A stretch of DNA of 64,000 nucleotides, taken from positions 52,452,001 through 52,516,000 of the forward strand of contig CM060731.1 of assembly GCA_030704615.1 (NCBI GenBank). Direction: 5' to 3'. The notes under the pieces were generated by a model. The model was not told the origin of the DNA. It saw only the letters and a list, made by a program, of their open reading frames with translations, and did no database searches. Position 1 is the first letter of the stretch, and every line of letters starts with the position of its first letter. Below, in pieces: positions 62,447 through 64,000 of this stretch. The stretch comes from Takakia lepidozioides. Taxonomy: Eukaryota; Plantae; Bryophyta. The translations under genes and the position numbers were made by a program.

Positions 62447-62764
62447 ATGTGCATAGCCATATTGGGATCCGAAAACATTTGCGCTTGCATCTTCTGACCT
62501 TGGGCTTTGGGAACATGAAACAACCCATTTTGCTCACTGTTGTAGTACCGTTTGCGCATGTGGAATGATTTTGCAGGGATGAGGTTGGCCTCTGGCCCTC
62601 AGCACCACATGACCTTTTTTCAGCGCTTTCAGGTCGGGGTTCTGGTTGGAACCTATGAGCTTGGCAACCAAATGGCGAAGCACTCCTATCAGCACCATCA
62701 CCAGCGACAGCGTCACCAGAACTCAATCCCGGATTTGGGTGTCCAGCACCAAATCGTTCGCCAT
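62447..62764 (-). pseudogene. EMC3: ER membrane complex subunit 3 (EMC3) N-terminal fragment with nonsense codon and frameshift
   Basis: MANDLVLDTQIRD*VLVTLSLVMVLIGVLRHLVAKL...GHVVLRAR / RKRYYNSEQNGLFHVPKAQGQKMQAQMFSDPNMAM matches the plant EMC3 N-terminus as I recall it. Confidence 0.82.
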
Positions 62765-63059
62765 CTCTCTTTTTCTCTCTCTTCCTCTCTCCCCACCCAG
62801 CCTCCGACCTTCCGTCACCCACCACACTCCAAATTGAGAATGACCGCAGCACTAGCGCCCAGAGGTACTTCACGCATACACCCCAAATCCATTCCCTACT
62901 AGAGGGGGAAGAAGAACTTAGAGGGAGGGCCCAGCTTAGGACGGAAGGAATGGATATCAGGAAAGTTGAAGCATTACTGTGATGAAAAGAGAGGAGTGCT
63001 TTATGTACAATTTCTGTAGGGAGCATGGCCTCTGGACTACCTAAAGGAGGAAAGGGTGG

Positions 63060-63145
63060 TCCTACTCGGCCAAGAAGATCCACCATGCAGCCAAAATGTT
63101 CAACTGTAGGAGTAAGGCCATAATCTCGCTGCATGGAATCAGAAA
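63060..63145 (-). pseudogene. PPR L2/S2 fragment
   Basis: DSMQRDYGLTPTVEHFGCMVDLLGRVG. Confidence 0.8.
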
Positions 63146-63485
63146 GATTGCACGTTGCCGAGGGACACCCGCGACGGAGTGGTCCAAGGAAAGAAAAATC
63201 ACTCGGTAAGTTAACGTCTAGCTAACATGTGACAGTAACCAGCTGGGACGTGCTTTGCGGTCCAACCGCCAGTCACGCCAGGAATGCAAAATGAAATGAT
63301 GTACAACAGGGAGGTGGTGATGACGTGCTAATCGGGATTTTTTTTCCTGTACTCTTGCAGCCATAGACCCAGCTCTGCGAAGCCAGATGGTAGCGAGAGG
63401 AAATTACAAGCCTACCTAGCTCCTTTGTCAAGTACATCCTCGTGAAGATCATACGTTACGGGGGTACTTTTCTGCTGGCCAAGCA

Positions 63486-64000
63486 ATGATCACAGAACAG
63501 CTCTGGCAGAACTTCATCGCAGATGGTTCACAATGGTGGGACAACAGATCTGATAAGGTGAGGCTATCTACACTGTCACCCAATGGATTTAATGTCTCAG
63601 ATGAAAATAATTCAGTGGTTTCAGTTCCCTAGATCATTCACAACCATGGAGACCTGCGGTAGTGCTTCTTATTGTGACTAAACTACAGTACGATGGAAGT
63701 TGTTTACAGTTATGGCCTGTTGATTGATTTCCTGCTGCTGGTGATCCAGTCTATGTGCGCCTGTAGTTCGACCTATGACATAGTTGTGCCTTCCACAGAG
63801 AAATTCAAGATCACCGGACTTCAGACATAAGCACACAAAAACAGTCCTTTGGATTGCTAGTCCGTTCAATCCCCCTTGTGTGAAAGCAAAGCTAGCCAAG
63901 GACGTATGTCAACAATTTGGAGATGGTTCTAATATGGACTCGCACCAAGGAGCCCCTTGCCGAGAATACAGCAGGTATTGTTGTGTTGCTGACATCAATA
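63486..64000 (+). CDS. OSB-type PDF-motif (organellar ssDNA-binding) coding segment, spliced, partial and possibly a pseudogene
   Basis: EQLWQNFIADGSQWWDNRSDK | RNSRSPDFRHKHTKTVLWI...P across a GT-AG intron (~63558-63798). An in-frame TAG lies upstream at ~63417. Confidence 0.7.

Overview
Gene-dense nuclear DNA of a land plant, probably a non-seed plant such as a hornwort, liverwort or fern (inferred from PLS-type PPR fragments, GT-AG introns and RTEX-like LINEs). The main feature is a ~17.3 kb cut-and-paste DNA transposon (1734-18994) with 30-bp TIRs and a 4-bp TATT duplication. It carries a decayed Sola-like/DUF7869-type transposase on the + strand. On the - strand it carries a divergently transcribed, spliced cargo: a ParB-like domain, a degenerate beta-class N6/N4 DNA-methyltransferase-like fold, Ser-Pro repeats and three FCP1/NIF-type HAD phosphatase-like domains. 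About 14 copies of a 24-bp palindrome (AACSTCSACTG-NN-CAGTSGASGTT) run end to end through the element, and I did not see it elsewhere in the window. This looks like a parS/ParB-like self-recognition or anti-silencing module on a eukaryotic transposon (hypothesis). The rest of the window holds ordinary host genes: a PTI1-like RLCK, a GH28 polygalacturonase, ZCCHC8, ataxin-10 and an intron-rich MrfA/Hrq1-type helicase with bacterial-looking motifs. It also holds LINE fragments, a foldback MITE and a patchwork of PPR, EMC3 and OSB gene fragments. All domain calls come from motif recognition by eye; no searches were run.
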